DNA from: an uncultured bacterium
Lineage (GTDB): Bacteria > CAZSTA01
Assembly (NCBI GenBank): GCA_964609495.1
Contig: CAZSTA010000001.1
Coordinates: forward strand, 1 to 62,714
Direction of reading: 5' to 3'
Length of the DNA stretch: 62,714 bases
The notes beneath the pieces are model-generated. The model made no database searches, had not been told where the DNA came from, and saw only the letters and a list, made by a program, of their open reading frames with translations. The number at the start of each line of letters is the position of its first letter. The first letter of the stretch is position 1. Below are positions 29,640-38,319 of the stretch, in pieces. Position numbers and translations under genes: made by a program.

Positions 29640-31838
29640 ATGTCTAAGAAGAGAGATAAAGAGAGGAAACAAGAGATAAAAGATAAGCTGACAGACGGAC
29701 AAATCGAGATACAGCCATTTTATCATGATTTGAGAAATGAGATAGTTCAGCCCAGAAATATAATTGTTGAAACCAAATATTTCTGGGACAAATGGAAGCC
29801 TCGCTTAGGACCAACCTTGACGGTAATAATAATGGAACTAAGAAGAAGATGCTATTACAATCCTGAGACTGGTGAGAGGAGAGATTACTGCTGGCCATCC
29901 TTGCAGACTATAGCCGATGCTTGTGGAATTAGTGTTAGCACATTACAGCGGGAGTTGAAGAGACCAGAAGCAAAGCTGTTCATCAGGATAGAACCAAGAT
30001 ATATCTATAATGAGAAGATTAGTCGCATGAGCAGAACCAGTAACATTTATTATGTGGCAATGGACGATCCACTACTTCCAGAGGACAAGGATAGATTGAA
30101 GGATGAGATAGCTGAACAGATAATCGAAAAGGAAGGACTGCAAAGAGATTTTGAACTAGACACAAAAGATCAGTCAGAGAAAGACTCTGGACATAAAGGT
30201 CAATTTGATGATCATATAGCCTGGTCAATTTGCACAAGTAAGAGATCCTTAGAAGAGATCCCAGAATCGTTAAACGATGCAGGATCATCCAACGCTGATA
30301 AGAGTCAAGAAAGGAATAAAGGAAGGGAACATCCCTACTCAGATAACAATAGGATAAGTGATATCTCTACCCAGACTCTAAATAAGGAGAATGAAGAATC
30401 TAGCAGAACAAAAGACATAGATCCATTAGTAGATATAGTGGCCCATGAAATAGCTGAGGAGCTAAGAGATATTGAGAGTATCAACTTCTACCGATTAGTT
30501 GTGTTAAAATGCCCAACCGGTATGATATATAAGATATTAGCACAGGTGAAAGATGCTGAGAGAGTAGGGGCAATAAAGACTACCCCAGCAAGACTGTTCA
30601 CAGCAGCTATCAAGAATGCAGCAAAAGAAGCTGGTATTGATCTAACAAGTAAGATAAAGTTTAAGAGACGAAGGGAATGGGGACCTAAGGCTAAGAAACC
30701 ATGGAGATTGGCCAGTGAGCTAGCAGAGGAATTAGACGACATAAAGGGAATGGCATATTACAATAAAGTAGCGAAGGAATGTCCAGTAAGAATGCTCCGA
30801 TGGTGTTTAGAGGAGGTAAAGAGACAAGGCAGGACAGTAGAGAATAAGGGAGCATTATTCAACTTCCTAGTTAAGAGGGAAATGAATGCTTTAGAGAGTA
30901 AGAAACAAGAAGAGGGAAAGATGATTAGCCCAGAGGATTTACATATAAGGATAGTTGAGTTAAAGAAACAATTAGGAAAAGAAGATGTGATAACAATAGA
31001 AAAGCCGAGAGCAATAGATAAAGTTGAGCAAGAAGAACAGAGAAGGGATGTGAAGCCGAGGCTAGGAGTGGATAACCCGGAAGATGATGATCCCGAAACC
31101 GTTGCCCAACTAGTGAGGGAAAGCTTAGGGCTGAGCGAGGAAGAATACGAAGCCGAAAAGGCGAAGGCTTTGGCAGGAAAGAGTTTAGCAGTTGAGGAGA
31201 TTACTGAAATTTGTGAAGGAGATTGTGATGAGGGGGCTTTTCTCACTGCTAAGGAAGAGATGATAGCTGAAGATATAGCCAAGACGTTAGGTGATTATCA
31301 TTCGTGGGGTTTCTTTCATTTGGTAGTAAGATACTGCCCTTCCGATATGATATATCGCAATTTGGGACTGGTTAAGGAAGAGCAGAATATCAAGCGAAAT
31401 AGGGGGGCAATGTTCACCTATCTGATAAAGAAGGATGCGGCAGAGTTGGGCATTGATCTATCAGGAAAGGACAATCCCGAACCCAGAGAGTGGGGCGAGC
31501 CTGTAGATGAACCGAAGGAGATAGCAAGAATATTGGCGAAGAAGCTTGATGATCCAGAGGCCCTCGCTTTCTATCACAAAGCCGCAAAGTTGTGTCCTCT
31601 AAAGATGCTACGCTGGGCTTACTTTGAGACGATGCAGTGTGGAAGAAGAGTCAAAAACAAGGCTGCCTATTTCAACCGCCTACTTCTGTTCAAGATGAAA
31701 CAGGCTGGAGCTGACTTTGTGGGCGGTGTGACTATCAAGGAGGCAGAAAAACGGAGACGGGAAGGAGAGAAGCCACCTAGCGACAAGGCTTTGGTGGCTT
31801 TCTTGGAAGAACTGAGAAAGGTTTCTGGGAAAATTTAG
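29640..31838 (+). CDS. Putative replication initiator: N-terminal wHTH plus four repeats of a ~65-aa helical domain
   Basis: YCWPSLQTIADACGISVSTLQRELK..FI..RTSNIYY is typical of Rep HTH domains. Repeated units A..lA..L.D....fy..v...CP..M......vk......n.ga.F. GGAGGTG RBS region. Confidence 0.65.
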   Translation: MSKKRDKERKQEIKDKLTDGQIEIQPFYHDLRNEIVQPRNIIVETKYFWDKWKPRLGPTLTVIIMELRRRCYYNPETGERRDYCWPSLQTIADACGISVSTLQRELKRPEAKLFIRIEPRYIYNEKISRMSRTSNIYYVAMDDPLLPEDKDRLKDEIAEQIIEKEGLQRDFELDTKDQSEKDSGHKGQFDDHIAWSICTSKRSLEEIPESLNDAGSSNADKSQERNKGREHPYSDNNRISDISTQTLNKENEESSRTKDIDPLVDIVAHEIAEELRDIESINFYRLVVLKCPTGMIYKILAQVKDAERVGAIKTTPARLFTAAIKNAAKEAGIDLTSKIKFKRRREWGPKAKKPWRLASELAEELDDIKGMAYYNKVAKECPVRMLRWCLEEVKRQGRTVENKGALFNFLVKREMNALESKKQEEGKMISPEDLHIRIVELKKQLGKEDVITIEKPRAIDKVEQEEQRRDVKPRLGVDNPEDDDPETVAQLVRESLGLSEEEYEAEKAKALAGKSLAVEEITEICEGDCDEGAFLTAKEEMIAEDIAKTLGDYHSWGFFHLVVRYCPSDMIYRNLGLVKEEQNIKRNRGAMFTYLIKKDAAELGIDLSGKDNPEPREWGEPVDEPKEIARILAKKLDDPEALAFYHKAAKLCPLKMLRWAYFETMQCGRRVKNKAAYFNRLLLFKMKQAGADFVGGVTIKEAEKRRREGEKPPSDKALVAFLEELRKVSGKI

Positions 31839-31865
31839 AATTTTTGTAGGACGCAATGGAGATTT

Positions 31866-31937
31866 TTATCTATTTGGCTTCTTAGGTCCTCCACCAGGTT
31901 CACCATCTTCTTTTAGTCCTATGTACTTAATAATCAT
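31866..31937 (-). CDS. Candidate 23-aa micropeptide MIIKYIGLKEDGEPGGGPKKPNR
   Basis: ATG preceded by GGGGAGGG at 10 nt and a TAA stop. Below the ORF-track cutoff. Confidence 0.35.
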   Translation of the reverse strand: MIIKYIGLKEDGEPGGGPKKPNR

Positions 31938-32158
31938 TTGACTGTATCCCTCCCCCCAGTAGTAATTATTATATAAAGCAAAATAGGGTTAATGATAGGC
32001 GAATAGAGCGTAATGTTTAAAAAAATAAACTATGAGCGAAGTGTAATCCTGCAATACTCTTTGATTCCCTCTAAGATATATATGGTAAGAAATTGTTGTA
32101 TCAAAAGTGAAGAGGAACCAGGATAAGATCCGAGCTCGATCTTGATTTATACACCTAT

Positions 32159-32187
32159 ATTTTAACCTATTATGATAGGTTTGTCAA
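32159..32187 (-). promoter_or_regulatory. Leftward sigma70 promoter with a palindromic operator in its spacer
   Basis: Minus strand TTGACA-17 bp-TAAAAT. The region 32164-32181 is AACCTAT-tatg-ATAGGTT. Confidence 0.65.
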
Positions 32188-32296
32188 GCAATTTAAAAAT
32201 TTTTTTGATCTCTTAAAAAAGGTCTTAAATTATTTGAGGAAATATGTTATAATATATACATAGTGAATATATTATTGGGAACGTTAGGGAGGAGAT

Positions 32297-32890
32297 ATGC
32301 TCCATTCAGAAGGACCTTTCGGAAGCAGAATTAGGCAGCTTCGGATAGCTAGAGGGCTCTCTCAGAGAAGTGCGGCTGAGAGGTTAGGTATCTCAAGCGG
32401 TTATATGAGTCAGTTGGAAGCTGATCTTTATAGACCCTCCTATGATATAATTAGAAAAATAGCTTCTTTTTACTATGTTCCAATTGAGGAACTTCTATCT
32501 CTCGCTGGCTATGAGATAGACGAGGTGCAGCTTAAGGAGGCTCAAGGTAGATTTTACTCTTATCCTCAAGATGTGGATCTTGATTATATGATCGAGACCT
32601 TAAGATATATCTCTGATGATAAACTCTCTTCTCACAACAAGAAGATGCTAGAGGATTTTCTATTGGTAATGAGAGAGAAACAAAAGATGGAAAGTTCTCT
32701 AGAGCATCATGGAGAGAGAGACACATTATACACTTATAAGCGGTCTCCGTCGAATATTATCGAGAGAGGGATAAACTTGATCTTGAGTTCGTTGCCTGAG
32801 GAAGGACGAAAGATGGCTGAAGTGACTATAAAAGCTTTAGTAGAAGGATTAAAAGAGGAGAAAGGAGGCGGGCTTCTTAGCCAAAGCTAG
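32297..32890 (+). CDS. XRE-family HTH transcriptional regulator
   Basis: FGSRIRQLRIARGLSQRSAAERLGISSGYMSQLE. Confidence 0.88.
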   Translation: MLHSEGPFGSRIRQLRIARGLSQRSAAERLGISSGYMSQLEADLYRPSYDIIRKIASFYYVPIEELLSLAGYEIDEVQLKEAQGRFYSYPQDVDLDYMIETLRYISDDKLSSHNKKMLEDFLLVMREKQKMESSLEHHGERDTLYTYKRSPSNIIERGINLILSSLPEEGRKMAEVTIKALVEGLKEEKGGGLLSQS

Positions 32891-33051
32891 AAGCCATTTT
32901 GTCTCTGCTTTCTGTGCCATCGATCTCCCAGCGGAGTGGTAAGAGAGATATAGTAAAGGAGGGGAGATGAGTAAGAGATCATATACAGTCTAGCTTTAGC
33001 TTCAATTTAGAGGGTTAATTTTTGACAGAGCCTGAATTAGAGGAAGGGAAA

Positions 33052-33939
33052 ATGCAAAGAAATATTTCTCTATTATTAATTCTAATAGCTTTTCTCAGTT
33101 TTGTAAGTCTCACTCATGGAGAATCGTCCGCTGAGATCAAGGTAGTCGCTACCATATTTCCTTTAGCAGATCTCGCTAAAAATGTGGGAGGATATAGAGT
33201 TGAGGTAATAACCTTACTTCCGCCTGGAGCGAGTCCTCATACCTTCGATCCCACTCCTAAACAAGTGGAAAAGTTAGCGGAAGCTCATCTCTTAGTCCAA
33301 ATTGGGGCTGGATTAGATGATTGGGCGGCGAAACTGGTCAAAACTGCGGCTAATCCCGATTTAGTTATAATTAAGACTTCAGAGAAAATAGAGCTTATAG
33401 AAGATGAAGAACATCACACTCACACTGGAGGAAATCCGCATATCTGGTTAGACCCTATCATTGCAAAGAAGATAGTATCCAATATCGGTGAAGCATTAAA
33501 GAAGATCGATCCTCAATATACTTCCTATTACGGGGAGAATACGGAGAAATATCTAGCCGAGTTGGATAGATTAGATCAAGAGATAAAAGAAGGGATATCC
33601 AAATTCAAGATAGAGGATTTCGTCTCCTTTCATTCCGCTTTCATTTACTTTGCTAAACGCTATGGATTGAATCAAGCTGCGGTTATTGAGGAATTTCCAG
33701 GCAAAGAGCCGACTCCTAAGTACCTTGCTGAGATATTAAATGTTATAAGGGATACCGGGGTTAAGGCGGTTTTTGCTGAACCACAGCTAAATTCTAAAGT
33801 TGCCGAGGTTGTGGCAAACGAGAGTGGAGTCGAGCTACTCTTCCTAGACCCTCTAGGTGAGCCCGAAACCCCAGAGAGAAATACATATCTAAAGTTGATA
33901 CGCTATAATGTCAGTGTAATGGAGCAGGCTATGAAGTAA
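33052..33939 (+). CDS. znuA: Zn/Mn ABC substrate-binding protein
   Basis: LPPGASPHTFDP, NPHIWLDP, FHSAF.YF and EP. ATG at 33052 gives a signal peptide. Confidence 0.88.
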   Translation: MQRNISLLLILIAFLSFVSLTHGESSAEIKVVATIFPLADLAKNVGGYRVEVITLLPPGASPHTFDPTPKQVEKLAEAHLLVQIGAGLDDWAAKLVKTAANPDLVIIKTSEKIELIEDEEHHTHTGGNPHIWLDPIIAKKIVSNIGEALKKIDPQYTSYYGENTEKYLAELDRLDQEIKEGISKFKIEDFVSFHSAFIYFAKRYGLNQAAVIEEFPGKEPTPKYLAEILNVIRDTGVKAVFAEPQLNSKVAEVVANESGVELLFLDPLGEPETPERNTYLKLIRYNVSVMEQAMK

Positions 33940-34028
33940 CCTTATACTCTTCCTAAAACTAATCCCCAGCTCCTTTCCTCTTAACTTCGATTGATATCTC
34001 GAAGATCATTAAAGTGAGAGAATGAATT

Positions 34029-34823
34029 ATGAATAATTCAAATTTAATATTAGAGCTAAAAGATATATGGGTATACTTCGACAGTAAAGTTATTCTCAAG
34101 GATATAAATTTAGAGCTAGAAAGAGGTAAATTTCTGGGCATTATCGGCCCAAATGGAGCAGGTAAGACCACCCTCCTAAAGACTATATTAGGGATAATTA
34201 ATCCAGATAGAGGGATAGTTAAGTTATTCTCTTGCCCGGATCTCTCTGATAAAGATCCCCATCATCTAATAGGATATGTCCCCCAAAATTCCTTGATTGA
34301 CCAAAATTTCCCTCTCTCGGTTTTCGATGTAGTTATGATGGGACGCTACGGAAGGATGGGGTTTTTCCATTATCCAGATAAGAGAGACAGAGAATTAGTG
34401 TGGCAAAGTTTAGAGAGAGTAAGTATGCAAGATTACGCTAGTCGACAGATAGGACAACTCTCGGGAGGGCAACAGCAAAGGATCTTTATCGCCAGAGCCC
34501 TAGCTGGCGAACCGTGCTTACTGATCCTAGATGAACCTACTGCAGGAATTGATACAGTTGCTCAGGATCAATTTTATAAATTGCTTCGTACCCTTAAAGA
34601 GGAGCTTTCCCTAAGTGTGATAATGGTTTCCCATGACATAGTAGTTCTCCCCTCCTACGCTGATGAGTTAGCCTGCCTTAATCAAACTATCTGCTTGCAT
34701 GGTAAACCCCAAGATGTTGTAAGGGAAGATATGCTGAGAGATCTGTATGGTTCTCAAGTAGATATGATAATCCACAAAGGAAAACCCCCTTATATAAAAG
34801 TAGTAGATGGGCATAATGTTTGA
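34029..34823 (+). CDS. znuC: Zn/Mn ABC ATP-binding protein
   Basis: GPNGAGKTT, GYVPQ, LSGGQQQR and LDEPT. Confidence 0.88.
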   Translation: MNNSNLILELKDIWVYFDSKVILKDINLELERGKFLGIIGPNGAGKTTLLKTILGIINPDRGIVKLFSCPDLSDKDPHHLIGYVPQNSLIDQNFPLSVFDVVMMGRYGRMGFFHYPDKRDRELVWQSLERVSMQDYASRQIGQLSGGQQQRIFIARALAGEPCLLILDEPTAGIDTVAQDQFYKLLRTLKEELSLSVIMVSHDIVVLPSYADELACLNQTICLHGKPQDVVREDMLRDLYGSQVDMIIHKGKPPYIKVVDGHNV

Positions 34824-35652
34824 GATGTTATCCTTAGGCTTTATGCAAAGGGCTTTAGCCGCTGGAATAATCATAAGTATAACATGTGCGGTTATCTCTG
34901 TCTTTGTCATCCTCAAGAGGTTAGCCTTCATAGGTCAAGGGATATCTCACTCCGCGCTGGGCGGAGTTGCCCTCGGGGTCCTATTAGGGATAAACTTGAC
35001 TTTATCAGCCGCTTTCTTCTCCATAGCGGTGGCTTGGGGAATTGGCATGGTAAGCAGAAGGGGAAGAATCAGTGAGGATACAACTATCGGGATATTTATG
35101 ACCACTGCTATGGCTCTAGGAGTAATGCTAATAAATCTATACAAGGGATATAGCGTCGATTTGATGACCTATCTCTTCGGGAACATTTTAGCTGTAACCT
35201 CCGTTGATCTTTGGTCCATCGGAATATTAGGATTAGGGGTGATAACCACGATAGTCCTTTTCTTCAAGGAATTTCTCCTCATCAGCTTTGACGAAGAATT
35301 GGCTCAAGTAAATGGATTACCAGTTCCTTTCTTATACTACTTAATGCTTACCTTAATGGCTATAACCATAATCATTTCTATCAAGATCGTGGGTATTGTC
35401 TTATTATCTGCCCTCCTAGTAATCCCCGGGGCTACTGGCTATCAACTCACTTATAACTATCGACCTATGCTCTTCATCTCGCTAGCGGTTGGAATTACAT
35501 CATCCATCTTAGGATTGGTTCTCTCCTATCAACTTGATCTCCCTTCTGGAGCTACTATAGTATTGCTAGCTGCTGCTATATTTACCTTCTCTCTTATCCT
35601 CTCCCCCAAGAGAAGAAGAATGAAAAGAGATAAAATTTCCTCTGGCAATTAA
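34816..35652 (+). CDS. znuB: Zn/Mn ABC permease
   Basis: MQRALAAG, ISHSALGGVA, YLFGNIL and LPSGATIV. The start is 34807 or 34816. Confidence 0.88.
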   Translation: MFEMLSLGFMQRALAAGIIISITCAVISVFVILKRLAFIGQGISHSALGGVALGVLLGINLTLSAAFFSIAVAWGIGMVSRRGRISEDTTIGIFMTTAMALGVMLINLYKGYSVDLMTYLFGNILAVTSVDLWSIGILGLGVITTIVLFFKEFLLISFDEELAQVNGLPVPFLYYLMLTLMAITIIISIKIVGIVLLSALLVIPGATGYQLTYNYRPMLFISLAVGITSSILGLVLSYQLDLPSGATIVLLAAAIFTFSLILSPKRRRMKRDKISSGN

Positions 35653-35766
35653 TTTCATCGGCTCGGTGGAAGATAGAGTTATAACTGAAGCTTTCTTTGT
35701 TTTAGGAGCCTGATAGCATCAAAACACCGAACCCGTACCTCCTATAGTTTGGATGCCTTATCCTAT

Positions 35767-35810
35767 AGTAGTAGGCCACTTAGTAGTATACCACTTAGTG
35801 GTACACTACT
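35767..35810. repeat. Three 14-bp palindromic units with 15-bp period, intergenic, same family as 2244-2288
   Basis: AGTAGTAGGCCACT-T-AGTAGTATACCACT-T-AGTGGTACACTACT. Confidence 0.85.
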
Positions 35811-36070
35811 ATAACTTCTTATCCTATTCCTCCCAGAATCTCTATTTCCTACTTCTCTCAATCCTTCTATCCCAAGGCCACTGATTACCTCTTTTCCTTA
35901 CAGTACCTAAGTTTAAGCCGTTATTCCGTGATTAGTCCTATAGCCTAATGATCTTTGTCTTATTAATATGGCTATCGAAGATTTTTCCTCTGCTTCCTAA
36001 CTGTAGAGGATGAGGCATGATACTCCGATTAGAAGTTCAGAAACCATCAGGAGATTAGGAGCAGATCACT

Positions 36071-37966
36071 CTAACCGAGTGTTGGGAACTCTGTAACACG
36101 CAGATTTGTGCAGCCATAGGGGATAAGCATCGGCTCCTCTAGTGGCTCTGAGGAGCTTACCGGACTTTTCGGTAGTGGACCCGCGGCATTGTGTTCGAGA
36201 GTCCACTCAGGTACACGTCGCCCCATTACTCTTGCCAGCACAGGTGCACCATCGGGAGAGAATGGACAATCACCGATCGGCTGTGTCTCAAACTTGATTG
36301 ATTCATCAGGATGATCGCTGTCGATTTGCAATGCATAGTTCCAGGCGGTTGTCGGATAGACCTCCCAATCCCCATGAGGTGGTTCGCCTCTAATTAATCT
36401 CCAATCCTCTCCGATCTTCAAAGAGTATACAAGCGGCCCGCGCTCGATGGAGACGCTGTTATGATAACGTTTCTGAGCCCTGACTCGCATCGGTAGGCGT
36501 AGGGTCACAGCCGTGCTTCCGCTCCATTCTCGCTCGATACAATGAAATGTTCCTGCCTTTGCTGAAACAGGATCGGTATTTTCTATTCTCACTTCTGCCG
36601 CCTCTGTCCAAGCGGGAATGCGCAAGCGGAGAGGAAATCTAATGGGGTGATCTGCTTTTACCGTAAATTGCAGGGTATCATCGAACGGGTAGTCGGTCTT
36701 CAAATCAATTCGAACGGGTTTGCCTGCGATCTCAGTAATCGCCGTACATGGGGCATACGCGACTGCAACAAGACCTTCGTCAGATGTCCTCATCCACAGG
36801 TGTGAGGCGAATTTTGGCCAGCCCTGATGCATATTTGCTGTGCAACATCCATAGTTCGGTTCTAAGCCAAAGATGTTAGCGTCTGGGCCATTATTCGTAT
36901 AGATCCTATCCTCCGCGACCTTACAGATGACCTGGTTCGCCTGCTGATCATACTGGTGAGCCCACATGTCGGGTTTGAACGTTGCGGGCAGAGCATTGAA
37001 CGCGATACGCTCAAGCCGATCTGCGAGTTGGGCCTCACCCAAAATGCTGATGAGGGTCTCCAGAGAGAACATATATTCGACTATGGCACACAGTTCCGTG
37101 CCCTGCGAGGGATTCTTTCCCGCGTAGTGCTCATCACCTGTGAAGAGGCCCGTTGCTTGTCCATGATAAGTATCAAGGGTTTCAATGATCTGGAAGACAG
37201 CCTCGCGATCACCCTCATCTGCCGATTGGCGAAACCAGACTCCTGGCTGTTTGACTGCCATAGCGTTATTCACGACGTGCGTGGTCTGGTTGCATTCCTC
37301 TGCCTTCATCTTATTTTTGTAGCGAAACTCAGCGAAGTGACGTCGCCAATCGTATCCTTGCTTATGTACTTTGGCAGCTAGATCGAGAAGCCAACTCTCC
37401 TCAGTACGGTCATAGAGCCAATGAATGCTTAATACCAAATCAGCCCATCGAGACCTTCCCCAGTCGAACAGCGGATTCTCATCGAGCAAACTTTTCAGTT
37501 TATGGAAAAATTTCTTCATAGCGAGAATAACCTGTCCGTCTCCCGTCGCTTCCTGGTATTGCGTCATCGCCTTAAGGGTTATAAAGACAGGCCACGGGTC
37601 ATATGCCTGATATATATTTCCCCTTGATGTATCTCGAATGGGTCCCAGCCAACCGTCCTCTTGCTGATGACTCAGGATGTAGTCCATCCATCGCTGGACT
37701 TTCCTTTTCAAGTTCTCATCGTCGAGGAGAAAAGCCAGAGGGACAATGCCGTCCAGCCAATATGGTCCGCGCTCCCACCCCTCAGCGGTGCCACCAATCC
37801 ATCCACTTTCCGCGACATCCGGCCAGAATTCGTCCAGATGTCCGCTGAGTCCGCCCGCTTGAATGCGGAGCTGGTTAAGCAGCCATCCACCGGGACGAAT
37901 ATTTCCCAGCGGTAATGGCTGAAAGGCCCGGGCAATCAGTTCAGAGCTATTTCTCATGTCATTCAT
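36071..37966 (-). CDS. GH127/GH146-like glycoside hydrolase (beta-L-arabinofuranosidase family)
   Basis: WERGPYWLDG, HVVN, GTELCAIVEYM, ERIAFNALP, YGCCTANMHQGWPK, TDYPF and RGPLVY. Confidence 0.82.
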   Translation of the reverse strand: MNDMRNSSELIARAFQPLPLGNIRPGGWLLNQLRIQAGGLSGHLDEFWPDVAESGWIGGTAEGWERGPYWLDGIVPLAFLLDDENLKRKVQRWMDYILSHQQEDGWLGPIRDTSRGNIYQAYDPWPVFITLKAMTQYQEATGDGQVILAMKKFFHKLKSLLDENPLFDWGRSRWADLVLSIHWLYDRTEESWLLDLAAKVHKQGYDWRRHFAEFRYKNKMKAEECNQTTHVVNNAMAVKQPGVWFRQSADEGDREAVFQIIETLDTYHGQATGLFTGDEHYAGKNPSQGTELCAIVEYMFSLETLISILGEAQLADRLERIAFNALPATFKPDMWAHQYDQQANQVICKVAEDRIYTNNGPDANIFGLEPNYGCCTANMHQGWPKFASHLWMRTSDEGLVAVAYAPCTAITEIAGKPVRIDLKTDYPFDDTLQFTVKADHPIRFPLRLRIPAWTEAAEVRIENTDPVSAKAGTFHCIEREWSGSTAVTLRLPMRVRAQKRYHNSVSIERGPLVYSLKIGEDWRLIRGEPPHGDWEVYPTTAWNYALQIDSDHPDESIKFETQPIGDCPFSPDGAPVLARVMGRRVPEWTLEHNAAGPLPKSPVSSSEPLEEPMLIPYGCTNLRVTEFPTLG

Positions 37967-38002
37967 TAAACTTCCCTCCTGTGTGTGTATGTTTTGTATA
38001 AT

Positions 38003-38025
38003 TTAAAATAACCGAACTACTTCGT
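38003..38025. repeat. 23-bp direct repeat, upstream of the GH127-like gene
   Basis: TTAAAATAACCGAACTACTTCGT, identical to 39380-39402. Confidence 0.85.
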
Positions 38026-38206
38026 CTATCCAAATTGGCATATTTTGCGAAATAATTCGTTTATGCACAATTGATATACTCCCATGACTACAGTCGTTGG
38101 CTTTCTGGTTAGGAGATCGTAAAATCTCAACAGATATACAATTTTTCTATATTATATCAAAATTTTTTTACTATCTATAATCTCCTTTTGAAATCCCACT
38201 ATATAT

Positions 38207-38272
38207 CGCCTATCGTTTCCGCGATTTGCGAAGTGTGAGCGGCAGCGAGCATTTTAGTGAACGCGATAAGCT
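38207..38272. other. Imperfect palindrome resembling a degenerate attC site
   Basis: CGCCTATCG...CGCGATTTGCGAAGTG...CATTTTAGTGAACGCGATAAGCT. Outer boxes are GCCTATC and GATAAGC instead of RYYYAAC/GTTRRRY. Confidence 0.3.
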
Positions 38273-38319
38273 ACAAATCCTATATTATCTACCATTTTGC
38301 CACTTCTGCAACTGCCTAC

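Noticed and set aside
30758-31282. 174-aa minus-strand ORF inside rep
   Set aside because: Ser-rich mirror of the Glu/Lys-rich linker on the plus strand.
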